IMG/VR virus record: IMGVR_UViG_3300045988_173726
Location: 64,001-128,000 of that record
Length of the DNA: 64,000 bases
From: a virus
Direction: 5' to 3' (one strand)
Shown piece by piece: positions 35,416-42,771 of this stretch. The notes under the pieces are model-generated. The model ran no database searches, was not told where the DNA came from, and was given only the letters and a program-made list of their open reading frames with translations. Each line of letters opens with the position of its first letter. The stretch's first letter is position 1. The translations under genes and the position numbers were made by a program.

Positions 35416-35838
35416 ATGAGTGGCAGGAAGTATTTGGATGTGGGCCATTTGAAGATAAGTAGTTCTGGTGGTATGCGAGGTCTATTGCATGTAACTTGCA
35501 AGACTAGCGCTTCTCTAAAGGCACTTGCGAGTAGAGTTTGCACGAATCCGCATAGTAGATTAACGGAAGCCTATTATTTAGTGGCGGGAAGTAGTGGGCG
35601 GCTTAATATCGAGGAGCTAAGTGTGTTGGACTTAAAAGCCTTTCGTTTACCCGAGGTGGCTGTTGGGCTTAGACTTGATTTTTCATCAAAAGGTAAGCTA
35701 GAAAGCAGGATAGGCGGCGAGGAGTTTTCAGTTTGGATTAACTCTGTGGAGAGTAAGCTGGAGATAATTGGCAAGAGAAACGCCGTTATAGAGTTGTGCG
35801 CGTGGCTTAATGCGCCGCTTTCAGATTTAATTAAGTAA
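35416..35838 (+). CDS. family-A paralog A5
   Basis: ASRVCTNPHS, LEIIGKRNAV, AWLNAPLSDL. Confidence 0.6.
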   Translation: MSGRKYLDVGHLKISSSGGMRGLLHVTCKTSASLKALASRVCTNPHSRLTEAYYLVAGSSGRLNIEELSVLDLKAFRLPEVAVGLRLDFSSKGKLESRIGGEEFSVWINSVESKLEIIGKRNAVIELCAWLNAPLSDLIK

Positions 35839-35861
35839 TTCTGTGTTTAGGAGGTGAGATT

Positions 35862-36257
35862 GTGGGCGAGAGACGGTATCTGGACGATAGTTCCGTAAAG
35901 ATAGCGTGGGTTGGAGATAAATTAGACGCAAAGTTTAGAGTTGTCTCGTCATTAAAGGCGGTTGCGAGCCGTGTTAGGACAAACCCAAAAGGTAAGTTAG
36001 TGGAGGCTTCATGCGTAGTAGCTAGTGGCGGCAGTGTAAGATATGTTATGCTAAGGGTAGCGGATTTAGTTGCCTTCCGTTTACCTGTTGGGACTACTAG
36101 CGTTTTGCTTATTTTTGAGTCGAAAGGTAGTAGGCGCGGGGAAACATTTTCCATTATAATTGACTTAGCGGGGAAGTCGTTAGAGATAATTGGTAACAGA
36201 AACGAAGTAGTAGATTTGTGTTCGTGGCTTCATGAGCCGATTTGGGGGAATATATGA
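35862..36257 (+). CDS. family-A paralog A6
   Basis: GTG start 8 nt after AGGAGG. ASRVRTNPKG, LEIIGNRNEV, SWLHEPIWGNI. Confidence 0.6.
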   Translation: MGERRYLDDSSVKIAWVGDKLDAKFRVVSSLKAVASRVRTNPKGKLVEASCVVASGGSVRYVMLRVADLVAFRLPVGTTSVLLIFESKGSRRGETFSIIIDLAGKSLEIIGNRNEVVDLCSWLHEPIWGNI

Positions 36258-36310
36258 CAGAACGAAGAAGCAGTGACAAGAGTTCCGTAAAGATAGCGCG
36301 GATAAATTAG
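36254..36310 (+). pseudogene. 5' remnant (18 codons) of a family-A paralog, truncated by TnpB-like element copy 2
   Basis: ATGA overlap with the A6 stop. MTERRSSDKSSVKIARIN resembles the A6 N-terminus MGERRYLDDSSVKIAW. Its TAG stop lies at the element's left boundary. Confidence 0.6.
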
Positions 36311-36400
36311 CCGTTTCCAACGATGCAGAGAAGCGGGAATTACGTCTCAATTTTCTATGTTTTAGTTAAGGTTTTCATTAGGGGCATAGGGTGAATTGTA

Positions 36401-37732
36401 ATGCAGAAGCTAAAGTTGACTATAGTAACACAGCTACACGAGGGAAGTAACCGAGGTTTAATTGAATATATGGAAGCTTCCCGTAGGGATTATGGGAAAG
36501 CAATGCGAGAGACTTTCTATGCAATTAAGCGTGGTGGTTTTGATAAGTCAAAGTACAACACATGCCTTCAACATAGACATGGAATTGTTAGTCGAACTGC
36601 AAATGCTATCATTTCTGACGCTCAAGGAAGATTTTATGCTCTTAAGGCGCTGAAAGAGTGTGAGAGGAAGCAGTTAGAGCGAAAGATTAAATATCTTGAG
36701 AGTACAGTTATTCCTAAGTTAGTTGAGCAAAGGAATCAGAATTCAACTAAGCTTCAAGACGGAGTATTTGTTTCGTTGATTCAACAAAGGAATCTAAGGT
36801 TAAGGGTAGTTTCAAAGAAGTCTAAACTAAATAGGTTGAAGCAGAAGCTTGAAGTGTTGAAGTATCAACTAGAAATAGGAAAGTTAAAGCTTTGTTTTGG
36901 AACGAAAAGGTTGTTAAAGCAAGACCAAGAGAAGTTTATTGAGCAAAGGGATAGTCAGATGACTTTCATAGGAGCTAAGGGGGAGCTAGCATGTAATCAC
37001 AACTTGCAGTTGCGCTACAATCGAAGAAGTAATCAGTTTTTGGTTCGATTGCGTAAAGATTTCGGAGGGTATAAGTTAGTTAAAGGCGAAGATAGGTATG
37101 TTTACGGCAAAGTTTATTTCAATCATCACAAGGGACAGCTTGTTTCGATTCTGAGGTCTAAAACTAGTCCTTTATCTTATAGGATAGTCAAAAGGAAAGG
37201 TAGGTATTATTTACACTGTATATTTGAGTTTCAAGTAGGGAACAGCGGTATAGTTACTCGTTCTTCTTACGGAACGGTAGGATTAGACTTTAACAAAGGG
37301 TTTGTGACCTTATCAGAGACGAATCAGTACGGACATTTAGTTAAAACAGAGTTTATGCCTTATTGTTTCGAGTCTGGAAGTAAAACAAAAACAGACTTAC
37401 AGGATGTAGCTAATCATGTAGTTAAACTAGCTTTACGAACAGGTAAGGATATTTGTATAGAGAATCTTGATTTTAGAAGAACAAAAGCAAAGACAGAAAC
37501 AAAGATAGGAAAGAAATACAATGCTATGCTTCATTCTTTAGCCTATCGAGAGTTCAGTGACGCGATGGGGAGTGTATGTTATAGGAACAGTGTTGGATTG
37601 CACAAAGTAAATCCAGCGTGGACATCATGGTTTGCAGAGAGGATTTATTGTAAACCTATGAAGTTGAACATACATACTGGGGCTTCGTATGTAATAGCAA
37701 GGCGTGGGCAAGGGTATAAGGATGCTATATAA
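36401..37732 (+). CDS. TnpB/IS605-OrfB-like protein lacking the zinc ribbon and the RuvC-III Asp (copy 2)
   Basis: Same length and motifs as copy 1: VGLDFNKG, ICIENLDF, VNPAWTSW, NIHTGASYVIARRG. I counted 20 differences in the first 101 residues. Confidence 0.75.
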   Translation: MQKLKLTIVTQLHEGSNRGLIEYMEASRRDYGKAMRETFYAIKRGGFDKSKYNTCLQHRHGIVSRTANAIISDAQGRFYALKALKECERKQLERKIKYLESTVIPKLVEQRNQNSTKLQDGVFVSLIQQRNLRLRVVSKKSKLNRLKQKLEVLKYQLEIGKLKLCFGTKRLLKQDQEKFIEQRDSQMTFIGAKGELACNHNLQLRYNRRSNQFLVRLRKDFGGYKLVKGEDRYVYGKVYFNHHKGQLVSILRSKTSPLSYRIVKRKGRYYLHCIFEFQVGNSGIVTRSSYGTVGLDFNKGFVTLSETNQYGHLVKTEFMPYCFESGSKTKTDLQDVANHVVKLALRTGKDICIENLDFRRTKAKTETKIGKKYNAMLHSLAYREFSDAMGSVCYRNSVGLHKVNPAWTSWFAERIYCKPMKLNIHTGASYVIARRGQGYKDAI

Positions 37733-37963
37733 ATAGCATTTAACAATCAGTCCTACACAGATGTATCAACGCAAGACAGTTGAGCATTTCCCTGTAGGAC
37801 AAAGTTTAATTAGAAGCTCTGGCAATAATTCTCATTGTGTGGCTCTACGGTCGAAATGGGATGAGTTAGGGTGGAATAGGTTAACCGTAAGACCTTGAGT
37901 TGAAAAACTCTAAAATTGAGCTGGGAATATTGATTTATTAAATTTCGTATTTTCTAGTTACGG
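37733..37963 (+). ncRNA. omega-RNA-like conserved block downstream of TnpB-like copy 2
   Basis: Homologous to 32951-33173 and 31269-31480, with the same terminal CTAGTTACGG. Confidence 0.5.
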
Positions 37964-37967
37964 TTCA

Positions 37968-38000
37968 TGGCTTTATGTGCCGATTTGGAGGAGTGTGTGA
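37968..38000 (+). pseudogene. 3' remnant (10 codons) of a family-A paralog
   Basis: TGG CTT TAT GTG CCG ATT TGG AGG AGT GTG TGA reads WLYVPIWRSV*, which is the family-A C-terminal signature. Its TGA overlaps the ATG of the next paralog. Confidence 0.55.
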
Positions 38001-38671
38001 TGGAAAAAAGAAGAAGCAGTGGAAAGATTAAAGTTAAAAGGGACGCTAATGGTCGTTTAGTTCAGACTTTTGACGCCCAAGTTAAAGTTAAGAGGGACGC
38101 TAATGGTGATTTAGTGCAGATTGGCGGCGATAAAGAAACCGTGCGGGTTAAGGCATCTAGTAGGCACGGTATAGGCACTAGGAATTTGGCAGGGGCAGGT
38201 TTGGGTGTTCATCATCTTGTTAAGGACGCGAGCGGTCGTTTAATTGTGTGTGATAATATTGGTAGTGTTCTTAGGGGTAATCTTGGGGGTAAAAAGATAC
38301 ATTCTATAGATATAGACGGTCGGGTTCAGTTATGGAGAGGTAACGGAGTTTGTAGTGTATCATTTGGGATACTGATGGAGCCAAGAGAGTTTTTGGAGGG
38401 ATTGGTACAGTATCCGAATTGCACGAGAGCTGAAGTAGCTCTGATGTATCCGAGTTTTAAGTCTACAAAGTTTACTGCTAATTATAGCTTAGATAAGCTG
38501 ATTAGAAATGGGCTTTCAGAGGACACTCGTGGTATGATTCTTTATTTTAGTCGCAATAGGGAAGTAAACTATAACCTTACAGCGATGGTAAGCTTTATGG
38601 ATAGGATACTGACGCTTACAGGGGATAATGATTATGTGGCGGCGTTGGTTCATTGGCTTAGTGCGAGGTGA
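38000..38671 (+). CDS. family-A-related paralog A7 with an N-terminal repeat extension
   Basis: ATG 38000 follows GGAGGAG. N-terminus MEKRRSSGK. Repeats VKVKRDANGRLVQ, VKVKRDANGDLVQ and VKDASGRLIV. C-terminus LTLTGDNDYVAALVHWLSAR. Confidence 0.55.
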   Translation: MEKRRSSGKIKVKRDANGRLVQTFDAQVKVKRDANGDLVQIGGDKETVRVKASSRHGIGTRNLAGAGLGVHHLVKDASGRLIVCDNIGSVLRGNLGGKKIHSIDIDGRVQLWRGNGVCSVSFGILMEPREFLEGLVQYPNCTRAEVALMYPSFKSTKFTANYSLDKLIRNGLSEDTRGMILYFSRNREVNYNLTAMVSFMDRILTLTGDNDYVAALVHWLSAR

Positions 38672-39024
38672 CTTGTGTGAATAGACCGATGGTAAAGCTC
38701 TTACATGTCGAGCAGAATCACGGCGGGGTTGATTGGAGTAGGGTGCTTCACTATAAGATTCTGATAAACACATTAACCTTCGCGAAGATTCTTGTAAAGA
38801 AGAATTTAGATGAAATAGAGTTTATACAGTGTGTGGAGTATGTAAAAGACGAGTGTAGCGGAGCTTGGAAGAGTGAGTGGAGTCGTATTAAGCCAGACGA
38901 GTTCTTAAAGCTTAAGTATCGGCGTAAAGAACGCAAGGAGTATATTATCAACTTCACGAGCTGTAATGTGGCGGTAATTCGTTGTTGGCGGCGGGAAGCG
39001 GATATTGTAGAGGTTAGTTTATAG
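38668..39024 (+). CDS. hypothetical small protein, possibly a diverged family-A member
   Basis: It occupies a paralog slot in the array. The start is uncertain (GTG 38668 or ATG 38689) and similarity to family A is weak. Confidence 0.4.
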   Translation: MTCVNRPMVKLLHVEQNHGGVDWSRVLHYKILINTLTFAKILVKKNLDEIEFIQCVEYVKDECSGAWKSEWSRIKPDEFLKLKYRRKERKEYIINFTSCNVAVIRCWRREADIVEVSL

Positions 39025-39042
39025 CGTTTATAGGGGGAGTTT

Positions 39043-39372
39043 ATGCGGAAAGCGCGAATTAAGCAAGTTGAAGTAGGGAAGTGGAAGCTAACGGAGTCGG
39101 TAGAGAGTTTTCTTCGCTTTGCGCTTAGGGAAAGCAACTTTAGTAACGCATTATTCAAGGTTACTGTAGGAGATGGGGAGCAGTGGAAACAGGTTTCGGT
39201 AGTCGAGGCAGTTAGCTTTGCGAAGCAGACGCTACGGTTTATCTGTATTGAGTATGGCGACCCGTCTACGATGCGAAGTTGTAGTATGTGTATAGACGCA
39301 GGGAGCAGGCTTTTAACGCTTTTTGGTGACGAGGAGCTTATCGGATTTGTTCTTTCCGAGTGCGGGGTGTGA
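39043..39372 (+). CDS. diverged family-A-like paralog A9
   Basis: RBS GGGGGAG. The C-terminal LLTLFGDEELIGFVLSE resembles the I.IFGK....L..WL block. Confidence 0.5.
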   Translation: MRKARIKQVEVGKWKLTESVESFLRFALRESNFSNALFKVTVGDGEQWKQVSVVEAVSFAKQTLRFICIEYGDPSTMRSCSMCIDAGSRLLTLFGDEELIGFVLSECGV

Positions 39373-39803
39373 GAGTGGCGAAAAGAAAGCGTCTTGAAGT
39401 TATTAAGCGTTATATTAGTCCAGACCTGTGTTATGCAGAGGTAACTTGTGAGCTAGGCTGTAAGCCTTCTGCAATTTGTAGCTGGGCGCTTAAGACCTCT
39501 GGGGTTGCAGAGTATGTGGAAATAATGGCAGAGCATAAATTAGGCTTGTGGGGGCGAGTAACACAGTCGGTTCTTGAGCGTGATGTTTTAATAGGGGGCA
39601 GAGAGTTCATGTTCTCTTTTGGTACGAGACCTGATGACACTTTTCTTACCCTTTTTCTTGACTGTAGGTATAGGCAAGTGCGTATTTGTGGAATACCGGA
39701 GTTGATTTTCTCGTTTATAAAGGCATTTAATGGCGCGATAGTGATAAAAAGCCTTTTATATGAGTATGCAAAGGCTGTCTTACAGCACGAAGAGGTGGAA
39801 TGA
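39360..39803 (+). CDS. diverged family-A-like paralog A10
   Basis: QVRICGIPELIFSFIKAFN resembles LEIIGKRNAVIELCAWLN. An alternative start is the GTG at 39375. Confidence 0.45.
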   Translation: MRGVRVAKRKRLEVIKRYISPDLCYAEVTCELGCKPSAICSWALKTSGVAEYVEIMAEHKLGLWGRVTQSVLERDVLIGGREFMFSFGTRPDDTFLTLFLDCRYRQVRICGIPELIFSFIKAFNGAIVIKSLLYEYAKAVLQHEEVE

Positions 39804-40189
39804 TGAATGGCAGAGTTTTAATTAGCGAAGAGCCGCTAGAGGTGACGCCTATTAGTTGGGATACCCGCGCTATCTTTCGTACTGTGGCTACACCGAGGAA
39901 GATATTAGAGAGGATTCTAAGCATGCCGCAGAGCGATAGTTATAGTGCAAACTTGATTTTGGCAGACGGTTCATTGAATCCGATAAGCGAAGCGGCTCTT
40001 AGGTCTTTGAAGTTTCCGAGAGGCACAGTTGGAGTAGAGTTTTCCCATTCTTATGTGATTAGTGGTGGTTGGGTGACAATTTGGATAGCGATTAAATTTC
40101 GTGAAAAGACGCTTACTTTGCAGGGTGATGCGTGTGGTGTGAGTTCGGCAGTAACTTGGCTTTTAACAACAGAAGAGACGCGGGAGTAG
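39800..40189 (+). CDS. family-A paralog A11
   Basis: ATGATG start overlaps the upstream stop. Pattern LERILSMPQS, KFPRGTVGVEF, LTLQGDACGVSSAVTWLL. Confidence 0.55.
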   Translation: MMNGRVLISEEPLEVTPISWDTRAIFRTVATPRKILERILSMPQSDSYSANLILADGSLNPISEAALRSLKFPRGTVGVEFSHSYVISGGWVTIWIAIKFREKTLTLQGDACGVSSAVTWLLTTEETRE

Positions 40190-40192
40190 CCT

Positions 40193-40627
40193 ATGTATCA
40201 AGTATATACTTACACGTTGAGCGAGCTATACAGTTTGTTTGACAATGGCAGGATTAAGTTGAAAGCGCCTAGTGATAGGACGCTCTCGAATGAGCATGTG
40301 CGGCTCTTGCTTGACGGGATATTTTGCGGTTATCCGATAGCGCCGCTTGTGATAATTAGAGGAGCTACAGAGCTAGGAGAGCCAGTTATTAAGGTTTTGC
40401 ATGGCACGTTTGTTTTGTCTGTTCTGCTCGGATACCGTAAGGGAGCAATACGGAGCAAAGGTTATTTGAGTTTTAAGAGCGTATCTGATAGGTCAAAGCA
40501 CGGAGACAGCGATGATTTTATAAAGCTTATGAACTATGATGTACCTGTTATAGCGCTTAGTGATGCGAAGAGTGGAGAAGCAGAGGCAACGCTACGGTTG
40601 ATTAGAGCAATGGGAAAGCACGAGTGA
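40193..40627 (+). CDS. family-B paralog B1 (degenerate DUF262/ParB-like N-terminal domain)
   Basis: LLLDGIFCGYPIAPLVII....VIKVLHGTFVLSVLLGY fits the LIDSI..G.PIP.I.L....VIDGQQRL..L..F pattern, but FQR and DGQQR are replaced. Confidence 0.5.
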   Translation: MYQVYTYTLSELYSLFDNGRIKLKAPSDRTLSNEHVRLLLDGIFCGYPIAPLVIIRGATELGEPVIKVLHGTFVLSVLLGYRKGAIRSKGYLSFKSVSDRSKHGDSDDFIKLMNYDVPVIALSDAKSGEAEATLRLIRAMGKHE

Positions 40628-40635
40628 GGTAGAAT

Positions 40636-41229
40636 ATGGGAGCGGTCATTAAGAAAGAATTTTGGACGGTAGAGCAGATTTTTCGCTTTGTGGATGAGAG
40701 ATTGGATAAGAACGCCTTTTACACTTTGAGAACAGAGGAAGGTGCAAGTAAGGGCGCAGTGATAGATGATATAACTACGCTAGCGCAGAGTCTTGAGGAG
40801 TTTCCAAACGATGTGTTAAACTGTGTATTTAATAATTATCCACTTCCGAATATCGTACTTTGCCGTGCTAGGTTATTTCCTGACGAGAGATTTAGAGAGG
40901 GTATAGGCGAAGATGTTTGGGCGCTTTGTTCTGGTGAATTAATACTTGGTACACTTTATGCCTACCGTGAAGGTTTAGCTAATTGGCGTGCGGTTGAAGA
41001 GGATGCCGAGATTGATTATGATGACGCCGATGATGCTAATTTTGACTGGTGGAATGGTGAAAGTTATCAGACGCTTGTACAAAAGGCTTCCATGGGGGAT
41101 AGAGAGGCGAAGGAGAGGTTGGAAGCCTTTAATAACTGTGAGATTCCGTTTATTCGTATAATGGAGATTGATGACAAGGAATACATTTGGGAAATTGACG
41201 AAGTGCTTGAGTATTGCTCCGACTACTAA
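40636..41229 (+). CDS. family-B paralog B2
   Basis: VLNCVFNNYPLPNIVLCR...WALCSGELILGTLYAY, with an acidic C-terminal extension. Confidence 0.5.
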   Translation: MGAVIKKEFWTVEQIFRFVDERLDKNAFYTLRTEEGASKGAVIDDITTLAQSLEEFPNDVLNCVFNNYPLPNIVLCRARLFPDERFREGIGEDVWALCSGELILGTLYAYREGLANWRAVEEDAEIDYDDADDANFDWWNGESYQTLVQKASMGDREAKERLEAFNNCEIPFIRIMEIDDKEYIWEIDEVLEYCSDY

Positions 41230-41239
41230 GAGGCAGTAT

Positions 41240-41635
41240 ATGCAGACAAGCGGGACGGTAACGGTCAAGTGGCTTTACGATAAGTATGACAAACTAGTTA
41301 CGGCGGGAGCATTAAAGCCGTTAAGGTTCGGGGCGATTGTTTACGAGAACGAAGGTCACTATAAAGACATTTTGTCGGCTATCGTGCAGGGCTTGCCTAT
41401 TCCGCAGATAGTGGTAGGGCGAGTGAGAGCGGGGGAGACAGAGCGTTATAGCATAGTTTCTGGCGTGTTTATTCTATGTAGTTTGCTTAATTTTCGTGCC
41501 GAGAGCGGTGGTATGAGCGCAGAGCGAGTATTACAGATTTTAAGCTATTCTGTAAATCTAACGATGCTTGATACGATGACACCCCAGCGTTTAACAGAGG
41601 TAAGTAAGCTTCTAGGCGAGGTTCTGATATGGTAA
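41240..41635 (+). CDS. family-B paralog B3
   Basis: ATG 41240 follows AAGAGG; the track start at 41168 overlaps B2. ILSAIVQGLPIPQIVVGR...YSIVSGVFILCSLLNF. Confidence 0.5.
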   Translation: MQTSGTVTVKWLYDKYDKLVTAGALKPLRFGAIVYENEGHYKDILSAIVQGLPIPQIVVGRVRAGETERYSIVSGVFILCSLLNFRAESGGMSAERVLQILSYSVNLTMLDTMTPQRLTEVSKLLGEVLIW

Positions 41636-41997
41636 ACTACGAAGTAATGGGGATGTCGGTTAGGGACTTGTATCGAAGGTTAAAAAACGGGCAGATTATT
41701 TTAGAGTCAAAATACTTTGTGAAAGCTACGACAAGTAGCGAGGAGTTATTGCTTCGTGGAGTGCTTTCTGGCGTCCCGTTTCCTGCTATCGTGCTAATGC
41801 GAGAGAGCAAGGGCTATAGCGTAATTCTCGGCAGGGAGCTGTTGAGTGTGCTTATATCATTGCTTGATAGTAACGTTTATGAGGAGCTTGACGATATTGA
41901 CAAGTTTATGCTTATGCGTCACTGCTTTTATGTAAATATTGTGGAAGGTCGTGACAGCATAGATATTGTTGTAGAGGTTTTCGAGAGCTTTCGTTAG
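41629..41997 (+). CDS. family-B paralog B4
   Basis: LLLRGVLSGVPFPAIVLMR..YSVILGRELLSVLISLL. Confidence 0.5.
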   Translation: MVNYEVMGMSVRDLYRRLKNGQIILESKYFVKATTSSEELLLRGVLSGVPFPAIVLMRESKGYSVILGRELLSVLISLLDSNVYEELDDIDKFMLMRHCFYVNIVEGRDSIDIVVEVFESFR

Positions 41998-42010
41998 GAG
42001 GACTTGTTGC

Positions 42011-42379
42011 ATGAAGCACTTTAACTGTTACAACATCGACTTAACTATTTTTGATATACATGATAAGTGTTCCAGTGGAGATTTGTTGTACAAGTGTGGC
42101 AGTGATATTAAAGAGAGTGACATTGAGCTGTTAAATACCTGCCTTGAGTCTGGCTATCCGCTTCCAACACTGGTAGTTTACATAGGGAAAGACGCGCCAG
42201 CAAGGGTTCTGGTGGGTAATAGACTTGTTGCAACGATTAGCGCGTTTGTGACTATGGGAAAGTACAAAAGTTCAGTGCGAGAGAGGTTGTTTAAGAGCAT
42301 TCATTGTATCATAATAGATTCAGCTAGTCTCAGTGACGCGAATAACATTCGGCGTTTATTTAAGAGGTTTTCAGCATGA
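42011..42379 (+). CDS. family-B paralog B5
   Basis: RBS AGGAGG. LLNTCLESGYPLPTLVVY...RVLVGNRLVATISAFV. Confidence 0.5.
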   Translation: MKHFNCYNIDLTIFDIHDKCSSGDLLYKCGSDIKESDIELLNTCLESGYPLPTLVVYIGKDAPARVLVGNRLVATISAFVTMGKYKSSVRERLFKSIHCIIIDSASLSDANNIRRLFKRFSA

Positions 42380-42771
42380 GCAAGAAGTATAGGGAGATTA
42401 AGATTAAACCAGAGGAGTTAGGGCACTTGGCAGATAATTTCAAGTTATCTGTCGTGAATATTGGCAATCGGGTAGCTACTAAGCTAGACATTAGCAGAGT
42501 GAAGTCGCTTGCGGCGCATGGATTTCCGTTTCCTACGCTTGTTTTAGCAGAGTATTTAGTGGACGGGAATAGAAAGTATCGTGTTGTTTATGGCGCTGGG
42601 CTTGTATCGGCTATTTTGTCCTACATAGCTAACGCTTCGGAGAAGGAAAAGGATACGCAAGCGTTTAAGGAGTTTATGCGGTACGAGTTTACGGCTTTTG
42701 TGGTGGGCAGTGATAACAAGGAGAACGATTACTTGTTTGATGCATTTAAGGGAATAAACAGAAAGGGTTAA
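42376..42771 (+). CDS. family-B paralog B6
   Basis: VKSLAAHGFPFPTLVLAE...YRVVYGAGLVSAILSYI. The start overlaps the B5 stop. Confidence 0.5.
   Translation: MSKKYREIKIKPEELGHLADNFKLSVVNIGNRVATKLDISRVKSLAAHGFPFPTLVLAEYLVDGNRKYRVVYGAGLVSAILSYIANASEKEKDTQAFKEFMRYEFTAFVVGSDNKENDYLFDAFKGINRKG

Larger units (their letters stand above)
36309..37963 (+). mobile_element. TnpB-like element, copy 2
   Basis: The left block (CCGTTTCCAACGATG..GGAATTACG..), ORF and right block all match copy 1. Ends at CTAGTTACGG (37954-37963). Confidence 0.65.

Noticed and set aside
31203-37963. The two TnpB-like copies as the ends of a composite transposon carrying A1-A6
   Set aside because: The paralog family continues beyond copy 2. 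The copies are about 20% diverged. IS200/IS605-type elements do not mobilise by paired terminal inverted repeats. The remnant codons show that copy 2 sits inside a pre-existing array.
37967-37999. ATG at 37967 as the start of A7
   Set aside because: It lies 4 nt after the element's right boundary with no RBS. The stretch reads better in another frame as the WLYVPIWRSV* remnant. The ATG at 38000 follows GGAGGAG.
41168-41239. Upstream start for family-B paralog B3
   Set aside because: It would overlap B2 by 62 nt in another frame. The ATG at 41240 has an AAGAGG RBS and gives a protein colinear with the other paralogs.
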